A stretch of DNA of 64,000 nt, from assembly GCA_029560465.1 (NCBI GenBank), contig JAKQKX010000063.1, forward strand, positions 67,796 to 131,795. Reading direction: 5' to 3'. Positions 36,323-47,354 of this stretch are shown here, piece by piece. The notes beneath the pieces were generated by a model, which made no database searches, had not been told where the DNA came from, and saw only the letters and a program-made list of their open reading frames with translations. Source of the stretch: Candidatus Omnitrophota bacterium. GTDB lineage: Bacteria > Omnitrophota > Gorgyraeia > Zapsychrales > JANLHA01. The position numbers and the translations under genes are program-made. Numbering within the stretch: position 1 is the stretch's first letter; every line of letters starts with the position of its first letter.

Positions 36323-37594
36323 ATGTTTGAAGCCAAGTCTATCGCTTTAACGATATTTGTTGTTTCTTATGTCCTGTTCGCTTTCTTGAGCCACAGACGG
36401 GCCGCTGTTGCTGTTGTCGGCGCCGGTCTGCTCGTTTTATCGCGGGCCATCTCGCTGAAAGAAGCCTTTTTATCGGTCAATTGGAATGTCATGGGCATTT
36501 TTGTCGGCATGCTTGTCGTGGCGGACGTCTTTATGAAAAGCCGCGTCCCGGCCTATTTGGCGGAAGTTATTGTGGACAAGGCCAAGAGTACGGCGTGGGC
36601 CGTCTTGTCGATTTGTTTTATGACAAGTTTTATTTCCGCTTTCGTTGAGAATGTGGCCACGGTTTTGATCGTGGCTCCGGTCGCGCTGGCCTTGGCTGAA
36701 AAGCTCAAAATCAATCCCATGAATATGATGATCGCCATAGCCGTATCGAGTAATCTTCAGGGGGCGGCCACATTGATCGGGGACCCGCCCAGCATGCTTT
36801 TAGGCGGCTTTGCCAAGATGACCTTCTCGGACTTCTTTTTTTATAAGGGCAAACCGAGTATTTTTTTCGCCGTGGAATTGGGCGCGATTGTTTCTTTTTT
36901 TGTTCTTTATCATTTATTTAGGAACCATAAAGAAAAGGCGGAAAGTATCGCTCCAGAAAAAATCCAGTCTTGGGTGCCGACGTTTATTTTAGTCGCTGCT
37001 ATTTTTGTTTTAGCGGCCGCCTCTTTTTGGGACAAGGGGTTCTCTTATAGCGCCGCGGTCATATGCCTGTTCGCGGGCGCCGTGGCAATGTTATGGGAAA
37101 AATGCGTCAATAAAAGCCCTGTCATACAGGGGTTAAAATCCCTGGATTGGGACACCACCTTTTTTCTGATGGGGATTTTTATCCTGGTCGGCAGCCTGAC
37201 CTTAACGGGATGGATAGATCTTTTTTCTAATGTCTTGTCTCAACTGATCGGGGAAAGGATTTTTTTGGGTTACACCCTCATTGTGTTATTGTCGGTGGTG
37301 CTCTCGGCCTTTGTCGATAACGTTCCTTTCCTGGCGGCGATGCTTCCTGTCGCCCTCTCTGTGGCTGATAAGCTGCATAGACCCCCGGAGCTGTTCCTTT
37401 TCGGGCTGCTGATCGGAGCGAGTTTAGGCGGCAATATCACGCCCATTGGTGCTTCGGCTAATATCGTCGCCTGCGGGTTACTTAAGAAGGAGGGGTACGT
37501 CGTCAGTTTTAAAGATTTCTTAAAAATAGGGTTTCCCTTTACCATGGCGGCGGTGACAGCCGCTTATATATTTGTCTGGTTTGTTTGGAAATAA
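36323..37594 (+). CDS. ArsB/NhaD-superfamily (CitMHS/DASS-like) anion permease
   Basis: Twelve or more TM helices with an internally duplicated topology and GDPPSMLLGG / GGNITPIGASANIV hairpin motifs. Confidence 0.55.
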   Translation: MFEAKSIALTIFVVSYVLFAFLSHRRAAVAVVGAGLLVLSRAISLKEAFLSVNWNVMGIFVGMLVVADVFMKSRVPAYLAEVIVDKAKSTAWAVLSICFMTSFISAFVENVATVLIVAPVALALAEKLKINPMNMMIAIAVSSNLQGAATLIGDPPSMLLGGFAKMTFSDFFFYKGKPSIFFAVELGAIVSFFVLYHLFRNHKEKAESIAPEKIQSWVPTFILVAAIFVLAAASFWDKGFSYSAAVICLFAGAVAMLWEKCVNKSPVIQGLKSLDWDTTFFLMGIFILVGSLTLTGWIDLFSNVLSQLIGERIFLGYTLIVLLSVVLSAFVDNVPFLAAMLPVALSVADKLHRPPELFLFGLLIGASLGGNITPIGASANIVACGLLKKEGYVVSFKDFLKIGFPFTMAAVTAAYIFVWFVWK

Positions 37595-37669
37595 AAAATA
37601 ATCCAAATGCCAGGTTGTTTTCCCGTATTAAACAGTTTGTTTTTGTATTAAAAAAGGAGGTAGGAGAAA

Positions 37670-39769
37670 ATGAGCAGTTCTGGTTTTTTTATTTTAACGC
37701 CCATCTGTTCAATTGCGGCATTGGTGTTTGCGCTGTACCTTGCTTTTTCCATTATGCGCGAGGATGAGGGAAATGACAAGATGAAGGAGATCGCTTTGGC
37801 CGTGCGGCTGGGGGCGCGGGCATATCTCAAGCGCCAATATCTAGGAGTGTCCCTGTTTTTTATCGTCATGTTTATTATTTTGCTGTGGATGGCTTTTAAG
37901 AATTATGTGGTCATCTTTGTGCCTTTCGCGTTCTTAACCGGCGGATTCTTTTCAGGGCTGTCCGGATTCATCGGCATGTCGGTGGCCACGCAATCGTCCA
38001 ACCGCACCGCCGCGGCGGCCATGAAGAGCCTGAACTCGGGATTACGGGTGGCTTTCTCCAGCGGGGCGGTCATGGGATTAACCGTTGTCGGCCTGGGCCT
38101 GCTTCACCTGACGGCATGGTATTATTTTCTGGATTGGTTTTATTCCGGCCATCCGCTTCCCGCAAATATGGATAAAATTACCGCGATCACGTCAGCGATG
38201 CTGACCTTCAGCATGGGCGCCAGTTCTCTGGCGCTTTTCGCCCGGGTCGGCGGAGGGATTTTTACCAAGGCCGCGGATGTCGGCGCCGATTTGGTCGGGA
38301 AAGTCGAGGCGGGGATCCCGGAAGACGACCCGCGCAATCCTGCGGTTATCGCCGATAATGTTGGGGATAATGTCGGTGACGTCGCGGGGATGGGGGCGGA
38401 CCTCTTTGAATCTTATGTCGGGTCCATTGTCGCGACAAGCGCCCTGGGCGTTGCGGCTGGTTTAGGCGTGGCCGGAGTCACGGTCCCCATGGTCATGGCG
38501 GCCGTTGGGATCGTCGCCTCGATCATCGGCACGTTTTTCGTGAGTACAAAAGAGGACGCGACGCAACAGGCGTTGTTGGCCGCGTTGAGGAAAGGGGTTT
38601 GGGGCAGCTCCATCATAATGGCCATTGCGTCCTATTTCCTTATCCGGTGGATTTTAGGGGTGGAGCATATGGGAGTTTATTGGTCGGTTTTGGCGGGCCT
38701 TCTGGCAGGGGTCATCATCGGAGTCGTAACAGAATATTACACGTCCAGCAATTTTAAACCGACAAAATATATCGCCGAGCAATCTTTAACCGGCCCGGCA
38801 ACGGTCATCATCGCGGGTCTTTCTGTCGGGATGATGTCTACGGCGATTCCCGTTCTTGTGGTGGGAGCCGCGATCCTGGCCAGTTACTTCCTTGCCGGCG
38901 GCGCCACAAATTTTAATTCCGGCCTCTATGGTATTGCTATTTCAGGGGTTGGGATGCTTTCCACATTAGGGATTACTTTGGCCACGGACGCTTACGGGCC
39001 GGTTGCGGACAATGCCGGCGGAAACGCGGAAATGGCCGGGTTGCCTCCCGAAGTCAGGAAGAGAACGGATGCTCTGGATTCCCTGGGCAATACGACCGCA
39101 GCCACAGGAAAAGGATTTGCCATCGGATCCGCGGCGTTAACCGCTTTGGGGCTGATCGCCGCTTTTAACAGCCAGGTTGTTTTGCTGGGCAAAACAATGA
39201 ATCTTAGCTTGCTGAATCCTAACTTGCTGGTTGGTTTATTCATCGGAGGCATGCTCCCGTTTTTATTCTGTTCCATGACGATGCGTGCGGTTGGCCGGGC
39301 CGCCGGACTGATTGTCGTCGAAGTGCGCCGGCAATTTAAGGAAATCGCCGGTTTGATGCAGGGGAAGGCCAAACCTGATTATGCCCGGTGTGTGACCATC
39401 GCCACGGCTGCTGCGCAGAAGGAAATGGTTCTTCCTTCATTGCTGGCCATTGTCGCGCCTATTTTAACCGGGGTCCTGATCGGCCTGGAAGCTGAAATGG
39501 GGCTGCTGGCCGGCGCCACGGTGAGCGGCTTTGTCCTGGCCATCATGATGGCCAACTCCGGCGGGTCCTGGGATAACGCGAAAAAATATATTGAGGAAGG
39601 ACATCACGGCGGCAAAGGCTCTCAGGCTCACAAGGCCGCTGTTGTGGGAGACACGGTGGGAGATCCGTTTAAGGACACTTCGGGGCCGAGTTTGAATGTC
39701 CTTATTAAACTCATGTCGATTGTCGCGATCGTCTTTGCCTCGTTTGTTATGAGCGTCTCGTTGTTTTAA
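37670..39769 (+). CDS. hppA: membrane-bound K+/H+(Na+)-translocating pyrophosphatase
   Basis: [22 protein letters not shown] and [18 protein letters not shown] are signature motifs of this family; the product is 699 aa. Confidence 0.95.
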   Translation: MSSSGFFILTPICSIAALVFALYLAFSIMREDEGNDKMKEIALAVRLGARAYLKRQYLGVSLFFIVMFIILLWMAFKNYVVIFVPFAFLTGGFFSGLSGFIGMSVATQSSNRTAAAAMKSLNSGLRVAFSSGAVMGLTVVGLGLLHLTAWYYFLDWFYSGHPLPANMDKITAITSAMLTFSMGASSLALFARVGGGIFTKAADVGADLVGKVEAGIPEDDPRNPAVIADNVGDNVGDVAGMGADLFESYVGSIVATSALGVAAGLGVAGVTVPMVMAAVGIVASIIGTFFVSTKEDATQQALLAALRKGVWGSSIIMAIASYFLIRWILGVEHMGVYWSVLAGLLAGVIIGVVTEYYTSSNFKPTKYIAEQSLTGPATVIIAGLSVGMMSTAIPVLVVGAAILASYFLAGGATNFNSGLYGIAISGVGMLSTLGITLATDAYGPVADNAGGNAEMAGLPPEVRKRTDALDSLGNTTAATGKGFAIGSAALTALGLIAAFNSQVVLLGKTMNLSLLNPNLLVGLFIGGMLPFLFCSMTMRAVGRAAGLIVVEVRRQFKEIAGLMQGKAKPDYARCVTIATAAAQKEMVLPSLLAIVAPILTGVLIGLEAEMGLLAGATVSGFVLAIMMANSGGSWDNAKKYIEEGHHGGKGSQAHKAAVVGDTVGDPFKDTSGPSLNVLIKLMSIVAIVFASFVMSVSLF

Positions 39770-39954
39770 ATACGGGCCGTTGGATAACAACGGAAGGCTA
39801 CGAATTTTTGCGGCGGGGAAAACGTGCCTGCCAAACGGTAAGCGTTTGGCTTGACTGGGTGGAAGGGTTGTTTTATAATCTTTCCAGCTACTCTTCTTCA
39901 ATCCCTTGAAAAGCGCCCGCGGGGTGGGTCTATAAAGGATCACGGATTTTCTGT

Positions 39955-41526
39955 ATGGCCGTTCAAAAACCACAGAGAGAAACCTGGTCTTCTAAAATAG
40001 GCATTATTCTGGCTGTTGCCGGGTCAGCGGTCGGACTAGGGAATTTCTTGCGTTTCCCGGCCAAAGCCGTGGCTAACGGCGGCGGCGCTTTCATGATCCC
40101 GTACTTTGTTTCGCTGCTGTTGATCGGGATCCCTCTTATGTGGATCGAATGGACTTTAGGCCGGTTCGGGGGCGGGTTCGGGCACGGAACGGCCCCGGGC
40201 ATTTTCCATAGCATTGCCAGGAAAAACCGCTTCATCAAATATTTCGGCGTTATCGGCATTTTTGGCCCGCTCGTCATTTTCATGTATTATCTTTATATTG
40301 AGTCGTGGTCTTTGGCCTACAGTTTTTTTGCCATAACCGGCAAGTTAAGCCAGGCCACTGATCAGATCCAAATGCGGGGATTCCTTCAGGGCTTTCAGGG
40401 GCTAACCTCAAACCAGTTCTTTTCAAGCCTTGCCCCGGCCTACACGTTTTTTTTAATTACTTTTGTTTTGAATATTTTTGTCATTTATCACGGGATTAAA
40501 GGCGGGATAGAACGGCTTTGTAAATGGGCCATGCCGTCATTATTTTTATGCGGATTGGTGCTGATGATCAGGGTCATGACCCTGGGGGCTCCTGATCCCA
40601 GCCGGCCGGATTGGAACGTTTTGAACGGGTTTGGGTTCCTGTGGAATCCTGACTTAAGCGCGCTTAAATCCGCCCAGGTCTGGCTGGAGGCGGCCGGACA
40701 GATCCTGTTCACCTTGAGCGTCGGGATCGGGGTTATCCTCACGTATGCGAGTTATTTATCGAAGACGGATGACATTGTTTTATCCGGTCTTACAGCGGCC
40801 AGCATGAACGAAATCGCGGAGATCATCATCGGCGGGAGCATAGTCGTGCCCGCCGCTTTTGTGTTTTTCGGGCCGGTGGATATCCGCGCCGTGGCGGATT
40901 CCGGCGTGTTTAACCTGAGCTATGTCACCATGCCGCTTATTTTACAGCACCTGCCTTTAGCGGACATCCTGAGTTTCCTCTGGTTTTTGCTGCTGTTCAT
41001 CGCAGGCATCACCTCTTCAGTTTCCTTGGCGCAACCGGTGATCGCTTTCATGGAAGATGAATTTAACCTTTCCAGGAGGAAGACGGTCGCGATTTTTGCC
41101 GTCGCAACTTTTATTTTATGCCAGCCTGCCGTGCTGTTTCTTGGGAGAGGGGTTGTGGATGAACTGGATTTCTGGGGAGGCACGTTTTTCCTGGTTATCT
41201 TCGCGACGATCGAAGCCATCTTGTTCAGCTGGGTTTTGGGCATGGAAGCCGCTTGGGACGAGATCCATTTAGGGTCGGAGATGGCGGTCCCCCGCGTTTA
41301 TAAATTTATTATAAAGTATGTGACCCCCCTGTTTCTATTAGTTATTCTCGGGACGTGGTTTTTTCAGAAATGGCTCCCGGTTATCTTGATGGAAGACGTG
41401 GCTCCAGAGAATAAAATTTATATTTTGGCAACAAGAGTGGGGTTGTTCCTGATTTTTTCTATGATCGCCCTCATGGTGAAGGTGGCATGGAGAAGAAAAA
41501 GGCAAACAGCGGGGGGGGCGCAATGA
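39955..41526 (+). CDS. neurotransmitter:sodium symporter (NSS/SNF) family transporter
   Basis: The NSS N-terminus reads AVAGSAVGLGNFLRFPAKAVANGGGAFMIPYFVSLLLIGIPLMWIEWTLGR. Confidence 0.9.
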   Translation: MAVQKPQRETWSSKIGIILAVAGSAVGLGNFLRFPAKAVANGGGAFMIPYFVSLLLIGIPLMWIEWTLGRFGGGFGHGTAPGIFHSIARKNRFIKYFGVIGIFGPLVIFMYYLYIESWSLAYSFFAITGKLSQATDQIQMRGFLQGFQGLTSNQFFSSLAPAYTFFLITFVLNIFVIYHGIKGGIERLCKWAMPSLFLCGLVLMIRVMTLGAPDPSRPDWNVLNGFGFLWNPDLSALKSAQVWLEAAGQILFTLSVGIGVILTYASYLSKTDDIVLSGLTAASMNEIAEIIIGGSIVVPAAFVFFGPVDIRAVADSGVFNLSYVTMPLILQHLPLADILSFLWFLLLFIAGITSSVSLAQPVIAFMEDEFNLSRRKTVAIFAVATFILCQPAVLFLGRGVVDELDFWGGTFFLVIFATIEAILFSWVLGMEAAWDEIHLGSEMAVPRVYKFIIKYVTPLFLLVILGTWFFQKWLPVILMEDVAPENKIYILATRVGLFLIFSMIALMVKVAWRRKRQTAGGAQ

Positions 41527-41823
41527 CCTTTGGCGGGTGGTTTTCCTTGATCCTTTCCTGGACCGGGATATTGACCCTGGCCGGGTTCTGCTTTTTTTGT
41601 GTTTTCAGGAAGGATTCCGGGCTTGATTGATTCATGGCGCGGGATGGTCCCCCGCCGGATGTCCGCTTGTTTTAGGCCCTTGGCCCATTTAAAATCCTAG
41701 AAATATTCCTGCCTATTCTCGATGGATGTGTTTTTTGGGTATTAGAGATGGACTATTTTTATTAATAATATTAGAATACAAATAGCTTTATAATTGCCAG
41801 AGATTTAAACGGGAGGGCGAAGA

Positions 41824-41852
41824 TTGACAAAAAAGATATCCTGTGATAAATT
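41824..41852 (+). promoter_or_regulatory. sigma70-like promoter (TTGACA-16-ATAAAT, TG-extended) upstream of bamD
   Basis: -35 is at 41824..41829. The extended -10 is TGTGATAAATT at 41842..41852. Confidence 0.4.
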
Positions 41853-41885
41853 GGCGCAGTATTTAACTCTTTACAAGAAGAAAAT

Positions 41886-42845
41886 ATGATAAAAAAAATT
41901 TTTTTCCCCGCGTTTTTCCTTCTAACATGGTTGGCGTTTCCTGTTCCTTCCGAAGCGTTGTGGGTGTGGACCCCGCAGACGAATAAGTGGGAAAACCCCA
42001 AACTGACGGTGAAGGGCACTCCGGCTGAACAGCTTGAATTTTCCATCGAATTGTACCATGCCAAACAATTTGAGAAAGCCGTAGCCGAGTTGAAAAAACT
42101 CATTAAATATTATCCCCGCGCCCGGGAAGCGGCCGAGGCGCAGTTTTATCTTGGAGTCATAGAAGAGGAAGAGGGCAATTATTCAAAAGCGTTTAAAAAT
42201 TATCAAACGGTGGTGGATAAATATCCCTTTTCCGAGCGTTTCGGCGAAATCATTCAGCGGCAGTATAACATTGGTGTAAAATTGCTTGAAGGAAAAGCGA
42301 AAAAACGTTTTTTTCAGGGGGGGATGGGAACGGAAGCATTGGTTGTGGACATTTTCCGGACAGTCATTAAGAATTCGCCTTACGGCCCTTATGCCGCTCC
42401 GTCACAGTATAATATAGCGTTGTATTTGCAGGGGGAAGGCCTTTTGCCGGAGGCCAGGGACGAGTTCGAGAAAACCCTCAACGATTATCCGGAAAGCGCG
42501 TGGGCCCAAAAAGCCCGGTACCAGATTGCGCTAGCCGACGCGAAGAGGTCTTCAGCCCCGCCGTATGAACAGAAGGTCACCCAGGTCGCTATTCAGGAAT
42601 TGGAGGGCGTCCTGAAAGACTCTTCTGACGCGGCGCTCTCCAAGGAAGCGAATGAGCAGATTAAAGCTTTGAAGGATAAAGAGGCCCAGCAGAATTTCCT
42701 GATCGCGGAGTTTTACGAAAAAAGGAAAGAATACCGGGCCGCTAAAATTTATTACGGTAAGATTGTAGAAAATTACAAGGATACCACGTGGGCTTCCAGG
42801 GCGTTGAGTAAAATTAGAGGCCTGAACGATTTCGAGCAGCCATGA
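41886..42845 (+). CDS. bamD: outer-membrane protein assembly factor BamD-like TPR lipoprotein
   Basis: A signal peptide is followed by TPR helices (LEFSIELYHAKQFEKAVAELKKLIKYYPRAREAAEAQFYLG). YfiO/BamD-like architecture. Confidence 0.6.
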   Translation: MIKKIFFPAFFLLTWLAFPVPSEALWVWTPQTNKWENPKLTVKGTPAEQLEFSIELYHAKQFEKAVAELKKLIKYYPRAREAAEAQFYLGVIEEEEGNYSKAFKNYQTVVDKYPFSERFGEIIQRQYNIGVKLLEGKAKKRFFQGGMGTEALVVDIFRTVIKNSPYGPYAAPSQYNIALYLQGEGLLPEARDEFEKTLNDYPESAWAQKARYQIALADAKRSSAPPYEQKVTQVAIQELEGVLKDSSDAALSKEANEQIKALKDKEAQQNFLIAEFYEKRKEYRAAKIYYGKIVENYKDTTWASRALSKIRGLNDFEQP

Positions 42846-43378
42846 AATTATTTTTAAGTTTCCGTTTTTGGTTTATAACCGCGGTTTTGTTTGGAATGGC
42901 CGGGTGCGGCTACACGACGCAGTCCGCGCTGCCAGCCCGTTTAAAAACGATTTTTGTCGAACCGTTCATTAACAGTATTGACTACACGGCTGACGGCGAC
43001 CGGCAGATCTATTTCCCTCTCCTGGAAGTCAAGGTGCGCAACGCCGTTATCGATCGTTTTTTATTTGACGGGAATCTTCGGGTAACGGAGAAAGACCAGG
43101 CCGACCTTGTTTTAAGCGGGGAACTGGTCCGTTACGAGCGGTACGCTCTCCGTTATACTGATAATGATGATGTCCAAGAATACCGGGTGCATGTGATTGT
43201 TAATTTGGTCATGAAAGACCGCCGGCATAATGAAGTGCTTTGGGAAGAATCCGGGTTCGCCGGGGAAGCGACATATTTTGTTTCCGGGGCCTTGGCGACA
43301 ACGGAAAGCTCGGCTCTGGAGGAGGCGACGGTGGATTTGGCTAGGCGGGTTGTTGAACGGACGATTGAAAATTGGTAA
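42842..43378 (+). CDS. lptE: LptE-like LPS-assembly lipoprotein
   Basis: The lipobox reads FGMAGCGY and the product is 178 aa. The gene lies immediately upstream of a holA-like gene, matching the conserved lptE-holA neighbourhood. Confidence 0.45.
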   Translation: MKLFLSFRFWFITAVLFGMAGCGYTTQSALPARLKTIFVEPFINSIDYTADGDRQIYFPLLEVKVRNAVIDRFLFDGNLRVTEKDQADLVLSGELVRYERYALRYTDNDDVQEYRVHVIVNLVMKDRRHNEVLWEESGFAGEATYFVSGALATTESSALEEATVDLARRVVERTIENW

Positions 43379-43423
43379 GGAGGCGCGCCCGAGAGAGGGA
43401 GCTTTGCCGTCGATATTTTACCT

Positions 43424-44113
43424 GTGCCGGGCATCAGAGAGAGACCCATGAGCGAAGCGATCATCATGATTCTGGGGGACGACCCCAGTCCGAAGGAAAA
43501 GAAGCTGGCCGCCTTGAAAGAGCAATGCCTGACATCAGCTGACGCGTTAAAATTGGACTATGATAGTTTGGACGCTTACAAGTTGTCTCCCCGGGTGTTG
43601 CAGGAAACCCTTCTGGCTTTGCCGGCTGTGGCTGGCCGGCGGTTGGTGATCGTCAGGAATTGCCAGCATTTGACCAAGCCGGTGAAAGATGTTTTGGCCG
43701 CGTATGCCGCCGCTCCTTTCGAGCATTTGATGCTGGTTCTGGAAGCCGCCCGGATTCCCGCATCAGACCCTTTCGTCAAGAAATTCCATAAGAAAGCGGA
43801 AATCTTTGATTTTTCCAAAGGCGGGAAACAGAATGTTTTTGATATGACCAAGGCCATCTCGGCCCGGCAGACGGCTGAGGCGCTGCGAATTCTTTCGGAA
43901 TTGTTAAAGGAAGGGGATCAGCCGCTGCAGATTATGGGGGCGCTGGTATGGTTTTGGCGTGAAATACAGAATCGTTTATCCCAGGCCCGCTATGTAAAAG
44001 GGTTACAGTTTTTGCAGGAAGCGGATTTGAATATTAAACGCAGTCGTTTATATCCGGATTATGCGTTGGAATTGGTCGTCGTGCAACTGACCGGCCTTTT
44101 GGCACATGGATAA
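43424..44113 (+). CDS. holA: DNA polymerase III delta-subunit (HolA)-like, short form
   Basis: The clamp-loader delta N-domain pattern (IIMILGDDP...RRLVIVRNCQHL...LMLVLEAARIP) is present, as is the conserved lptE-holA synteny. Confidence 0.5.
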   Translation: MPGIRERPMSEAIIMILGDDPSPKEKKLAALKEQCLTSADALKLDYDSLDAYKLSPRVLQETLLALPAVAGRRLVIVRNCQHLTKPVKDVLAAYAAAPFEHLMLVLEAARIPASDPFVKKFHKKAEIFDFSKGGKQNVFDMTKAISARQTAEALRILSELLKEGDQPLQIMGALVWFWREIQNRLSQARYVKGLQFLQEADLNIKRSRLYPDYALELVVVQLTGLLAHG

Positions 44114-44141
44114 AGCGGAATAATATCAGGACAGCGGAGCT

Positions 44142-44417
44142 TTACGAGGCGATTTTATTGGCCATCGTGCTGAAACGGGATTTACGCCGTGCGACGGTAT
44201 TCTTATGGATAAGGTTGCGTTTGGCGGCCTTATCCAGTTTTTTGTAAACTGATTTTAACTGAGTTGTGGCTTCGGTTTTGTTGTTGCTGGTGACCGAAAC
44301 GAGAAATTTCTTAATCGTTTTCTTCAATTCAGTTTTAACATCAAGATTACGCATCCGATTTTTATGATTTTTTCGCAGTTCTTTAATACCTGATCTTCTT
44401 TGTGGCAACTTACTCAC
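44142..44417 (-). CDS. rpsT: 30S ribosomal protein S20
   Basis: A 91-aa basic protein with a C-terminal ...RNLIHKNTVARRKSRFSTMANKIAS signature (K/R-rich). Confidence 0.9.
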   Translation of the reverse strand: MSKLPQRRSGIKELRKNHKNRMRNLDVKTELKKTIKKFLVSVTSNNKTEATTQLKSVYKKLDKAAKRNLIHKNTVARRKSRFSTMANKIAS

Positions 44418-44459
44418 TCCTTTCTTTTGAATTTTATACTATAGCAGAGAGGCTTTTGA

Positions 44460-46052
44460 ATGTCAAATGATAATTCCGGACAACCTGATTCTCACGGGTC
44501 CCTCATCAAATCCACATCTATTATTTCAGTTGGAACGTTAGCGTCTCGGGTGCTTGGGTTTGTCCGGGATGTGATTTTAGCCAGATTTTTCGGCACGGGA
44601 TTTCAGGCCGACGCGTTTTTTGTGGCTTTTAAAATCCCAAACCTTTTTCGTGATTTTGTGGGTGAAGGTGCGGCTAATGCCGCTGTGGTCCCGGTGTTTT
44701 CAGAATATCTTATCCAGAAAAACCGCGAGGAATTCTGGCATTTTGTGAGCGTCATTCTGGCTTTGGCCCTGATTTCATTAACTTCGTTGACTTTGTTGGG
44801 CATCCTCCTGGCGCCGCATATTGTGCGGCTCCTCGCCCCCGGGTTTATGGCCCATCCGGAAAAATTGGCTCTCACGATTCATCTCACCAAGATCATGTTC
44901 CCGTACCTCATTTTAATCGGGTTAACCGCTTATTCCATGGCCGTTCTTTACGCCTTCCGTTCGTTCGCCGTCCCGGCGTTTAGCCCCTGCCTGCTCAACA
45001 TCGCAATCATTATAAGCGCGCTTTTATCCTCCCGTTTCTTGACGGAACCTGTGTATGGCCTGGCCGCCGGGGTTTTGATCGGAGGTCTTCTGCAACTGGT
45101 GATGCAGATCCGGCCGATGTTAAAAACTGGTATCAAAATTTATAAGCCGTTGCCGTTGAACCACCCCGCCGCGATCCGGGTGGGGCACCTGCTCTTACCG
45201 CGGGTGATCGGAGCCGGCGTGTATCAGTTGAATATTTTTATCGACACATTTTGTGCGTCCCTTTCCACAATCGTTGGGGCGGGCGGGATATCCGCCATCT
45301 ATTATTCGAACCGGATTATCCAGTTCCCGATGGGGATTTTTGGCTTCGCGCTCGCTTCAGCCATGCTGCCCACGCTGTCCAGCCTGGCCACCCAGAACAA
45401 TCTGGCACAGCTTAAAAAAACCCTGGTTTTTATCCTGGAGAACATCTTTTTTGTTATGGTCCCTTTTAGCGTTGTCCTGATGCTGCTGGCCAACCCGATT
45501 ATCCGGATTTTGTTTCAGCGCGGCGAGTTCAACCAGTATTCGACAACGATCACATCCTGGGCACTGTTGTTTTATGCGATCGGGCTGTTCAGTTTTGGGG
45601 GGATCAAGATTCTGGTCACCGCTTTTTACGCCCTGCAGGATACGAAAACTCCTGTAAAAATCGCTGCGGTTTGCTTGGTGATTAACGCGGCCTTGAACAT
45701 CGTGCTGATGATCCCGTTAAAAGTGGGAGGCATCGCTTTAGCCAGTTCCGTCTCGGCCTCGATTGATTTTATCTGGCTTTTTTATTGTTTGAATAAACGG
45801 TTGGGGGGGCTTAACGGCGGGTTTAGAATTTTTATCGTCAAGGTGCTGGCGGCCGGTGTTGTCGCCGGAGGAGCGGTTATCCGGATATGGAACACCGCGT
45901 GCATCCCGAACGAAATGATACGGCTTTCTTTGGCGATAGTCCTGGGGTTCATGTTTTACGGGGTGTTGTGCTTTATATTAAGGATCGAACAAGCCCGGAA
46001 TATTTACCGCTGGTTGCAGAATTTCGGGATGAAAAGCCGGATGAAAACATAA
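44460..46052 (+). CDS. murJ: lipid II flippase MurJ (MviN)
   Basis: The N-terminus ARFFGTGFQADAFFVAFKIPNLFRDFVGEGAANAAVVPVFSEY is typical of MurJ. The divergent rpsT-murJ arrangement is common. Confidence 0.9.
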   Translation: MSNDNSGQPDSHGSLIKSTSIISVGTLASRVLGFVRDVILARFFGTGFQADAFFVAFKIPNLFRDFVGEGAANAAVVPVFSEYLIQKNREEFWHFVSVILALALISLTSLTLLGILLAPHIVRLLAPGFMAHPEKLALTIHLTKIMFPYLILIGLTAYSMAVLYAFRSFAVPAFSPCLLNIAIIISALLSSRFLTEPVYGLAAGVLIGGLLQLVMQIRPMLKTGIKIYKPLPLNHPAAIRVGHLLLPRVIGAGVYQLNIFIDTFCASLSTIVGAGGISAIYYSNRIIQFPMGIFGFALASAMLPTLSSLATQNNLAQLKKTLVFILENIFFVMVPFSVVLMLLANPIIRILFQRGEFNQYSTTITSWALLFYAIGLFSFGGIKILVTAFYALQDTKTPVKIAAVCLVINAALNIVLMIPLKVGGIALASSVSASIDFIWLFYCLNKRLGGLNGGFRIFIVKVLAAGVVAGGAVIRIWNTACIPNEMIRLSLAIVLGFMFYGVLCFILRIEQARNIYRWLQNFGMKSRMKT

Positions 46053-46104
46053 TGAACTGCGGCCGAATTTATCCTGTTCTCTTTCCGGGTTCCCGGGGTT
46101 TGTC

Positions 46105-47346
46105 ATGGACTTAAAAGAAAAAGTCAAGAATTTGCCTTTGACAAGCGGTGTTTATTTGATGAAAAACAGCGCCGGGGAGGTCATCTATGTGGGCAAGGCG
46201 GTGAGCCTTAGGAAGCGGGTGCAGTCGTATTTCCGGAAAAAACATGTGATCTCCAAAGTGGATTCCCTGGTGGGGGAGATCTCTGACATCGACTGGCTCA
46301 CGACACAGTCCGAAGCGGAAGCGCTTATTTTGGAAGCCAGCTTGATCAAGAATTTCCAGCCCAAGTATAATGTGGACCTGCGTGACGACAAGACCTATCC
46401 GCTCATTGAGGTGACCGGAGACCCGTTCCCGGGAATTTTTGTGGTGAGGCCGCGGATCATGAATCCGGCGTCACGTTATTACGGCCCGTACGTAAGCCCC
46501 AAATTGATCCGTGAAGCGCTGACTTTTATCCGACGGATCTTTCATTTCCGGACTTGCGACCCGTTCCCGGACAAACCGTGCCTGGATTATCATCTTGGCC
46601 TGTGCGCCGCGCCCTGTTGCGGAAAGATCAGCCGCCGGGATTATGCGGCCGTTATTCGTCATGTCTGCCAGATTTTGGAAGGAGAGAAGAACGAACTGTT
46701 CCGTGACCTTGAGCGGGAGATGGAGGGCCTTTCTCAAACCCGCCGTTTTGAGCAGGCCGCGAAAGTGCGCGACCAGGTATACGCTTTGGGCGCACTGTAC
46801 TCCGGGACCAAGGAACTGAATTTTTATAAAGAGGCAGAGCAGCTCCAGCGCGCCCTGGGACTGCCGCGCCGGCCGGACCGGATTGAAGCGTTTGATATTT
46901 CCAATATCATGGGCCACCATAGCGTTGGGTCTATGGTGTCGTTTCTAAACGGGAAGGCGGATAAAAGCAATTACCGGCGGTTCCGAATTAAAGAGGTGAA
47001 GGGAATTGATGACTTCAGGATGATGGCCGAGGTGGTTCGCCGGCGTTACGCGCGGCTTAAAGCGGAACAAAGGCTTTTCCCGGACTTAATCTTGATCGAC
47101 GGCGGCAAAGGTCAGCTTTCGGCGGCCCAGCAAGAGCTGGTCGCCTTGGAGCTGGATATCCCGATGGTATCTTTGGCCAAAAGGGAAGAAGAAATATTCT
47201 TGCCGGGCCGGAGAAAAGCTGTTATTCTTTCCAAAGATTCTTTAGGGCTGATGCTTCTGCAGAGGATTCGCGATGAGGCGCACCGGTTCGCGGTTGCGTA
47301 TCACCGGAAGGTGCGAGGGAAGAGTGTTTTTTTAAGAAAGCAGTAA
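46105..47346 (+). CDS. uvrC: excinuclease ABC subunit C, short form (GIY-YIG, Cys-rich, UVR and RNaseH-like domains; no C-terminal HhH)
   Basis: The GIY-YIG motif (GVYLMKNSAGEVIYVGKA), the Cys motif (CLDYHLGLCAAPCCG), a UVR motif and the EndoV-like segment (EAFDISNIMG) are all present. At 413 aa the product is about 200 aa shorter than canonical UvrC. Confidence 0.7.
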   Translation: MDLKEKVKNLPLTSGVYLMKNSAGEVIYVGKAVSLRKRVQSYFRKKHVISKVDSLVGEISDIDWLTTQSEAEALILEASLIKNFQPKYNVDLRDDKTYPLIEVTGDPFPGIFVVRPRIMNPASRYYGPYVSPKLIREALTFIRRIFHFRTCDPFPDKPCLDYHLGLCAAPCCGKISRRDYAAVIRHVCQILEGEKNELFRDLEREMEGLSQTRRFEQAAKVRDQVYALGALYSGTKELNFYKEAEQLQRALGLPRRPDRIEAFDISNIMGHHSVGSMVSFLNGKADKSNYRRFRIKEVKGIDDFRMMAEVVRRRYARLKAEQRLFPDLILIDGGKGQLSAAQQELVALELDIPMVSLAKREEEIFLPGRRKAVILSKDSLGLMLLQRIRDEAHRFAVAYHRKVRGKSVFLRKQ

Positions 47347-47354
47347 GTTGGAAT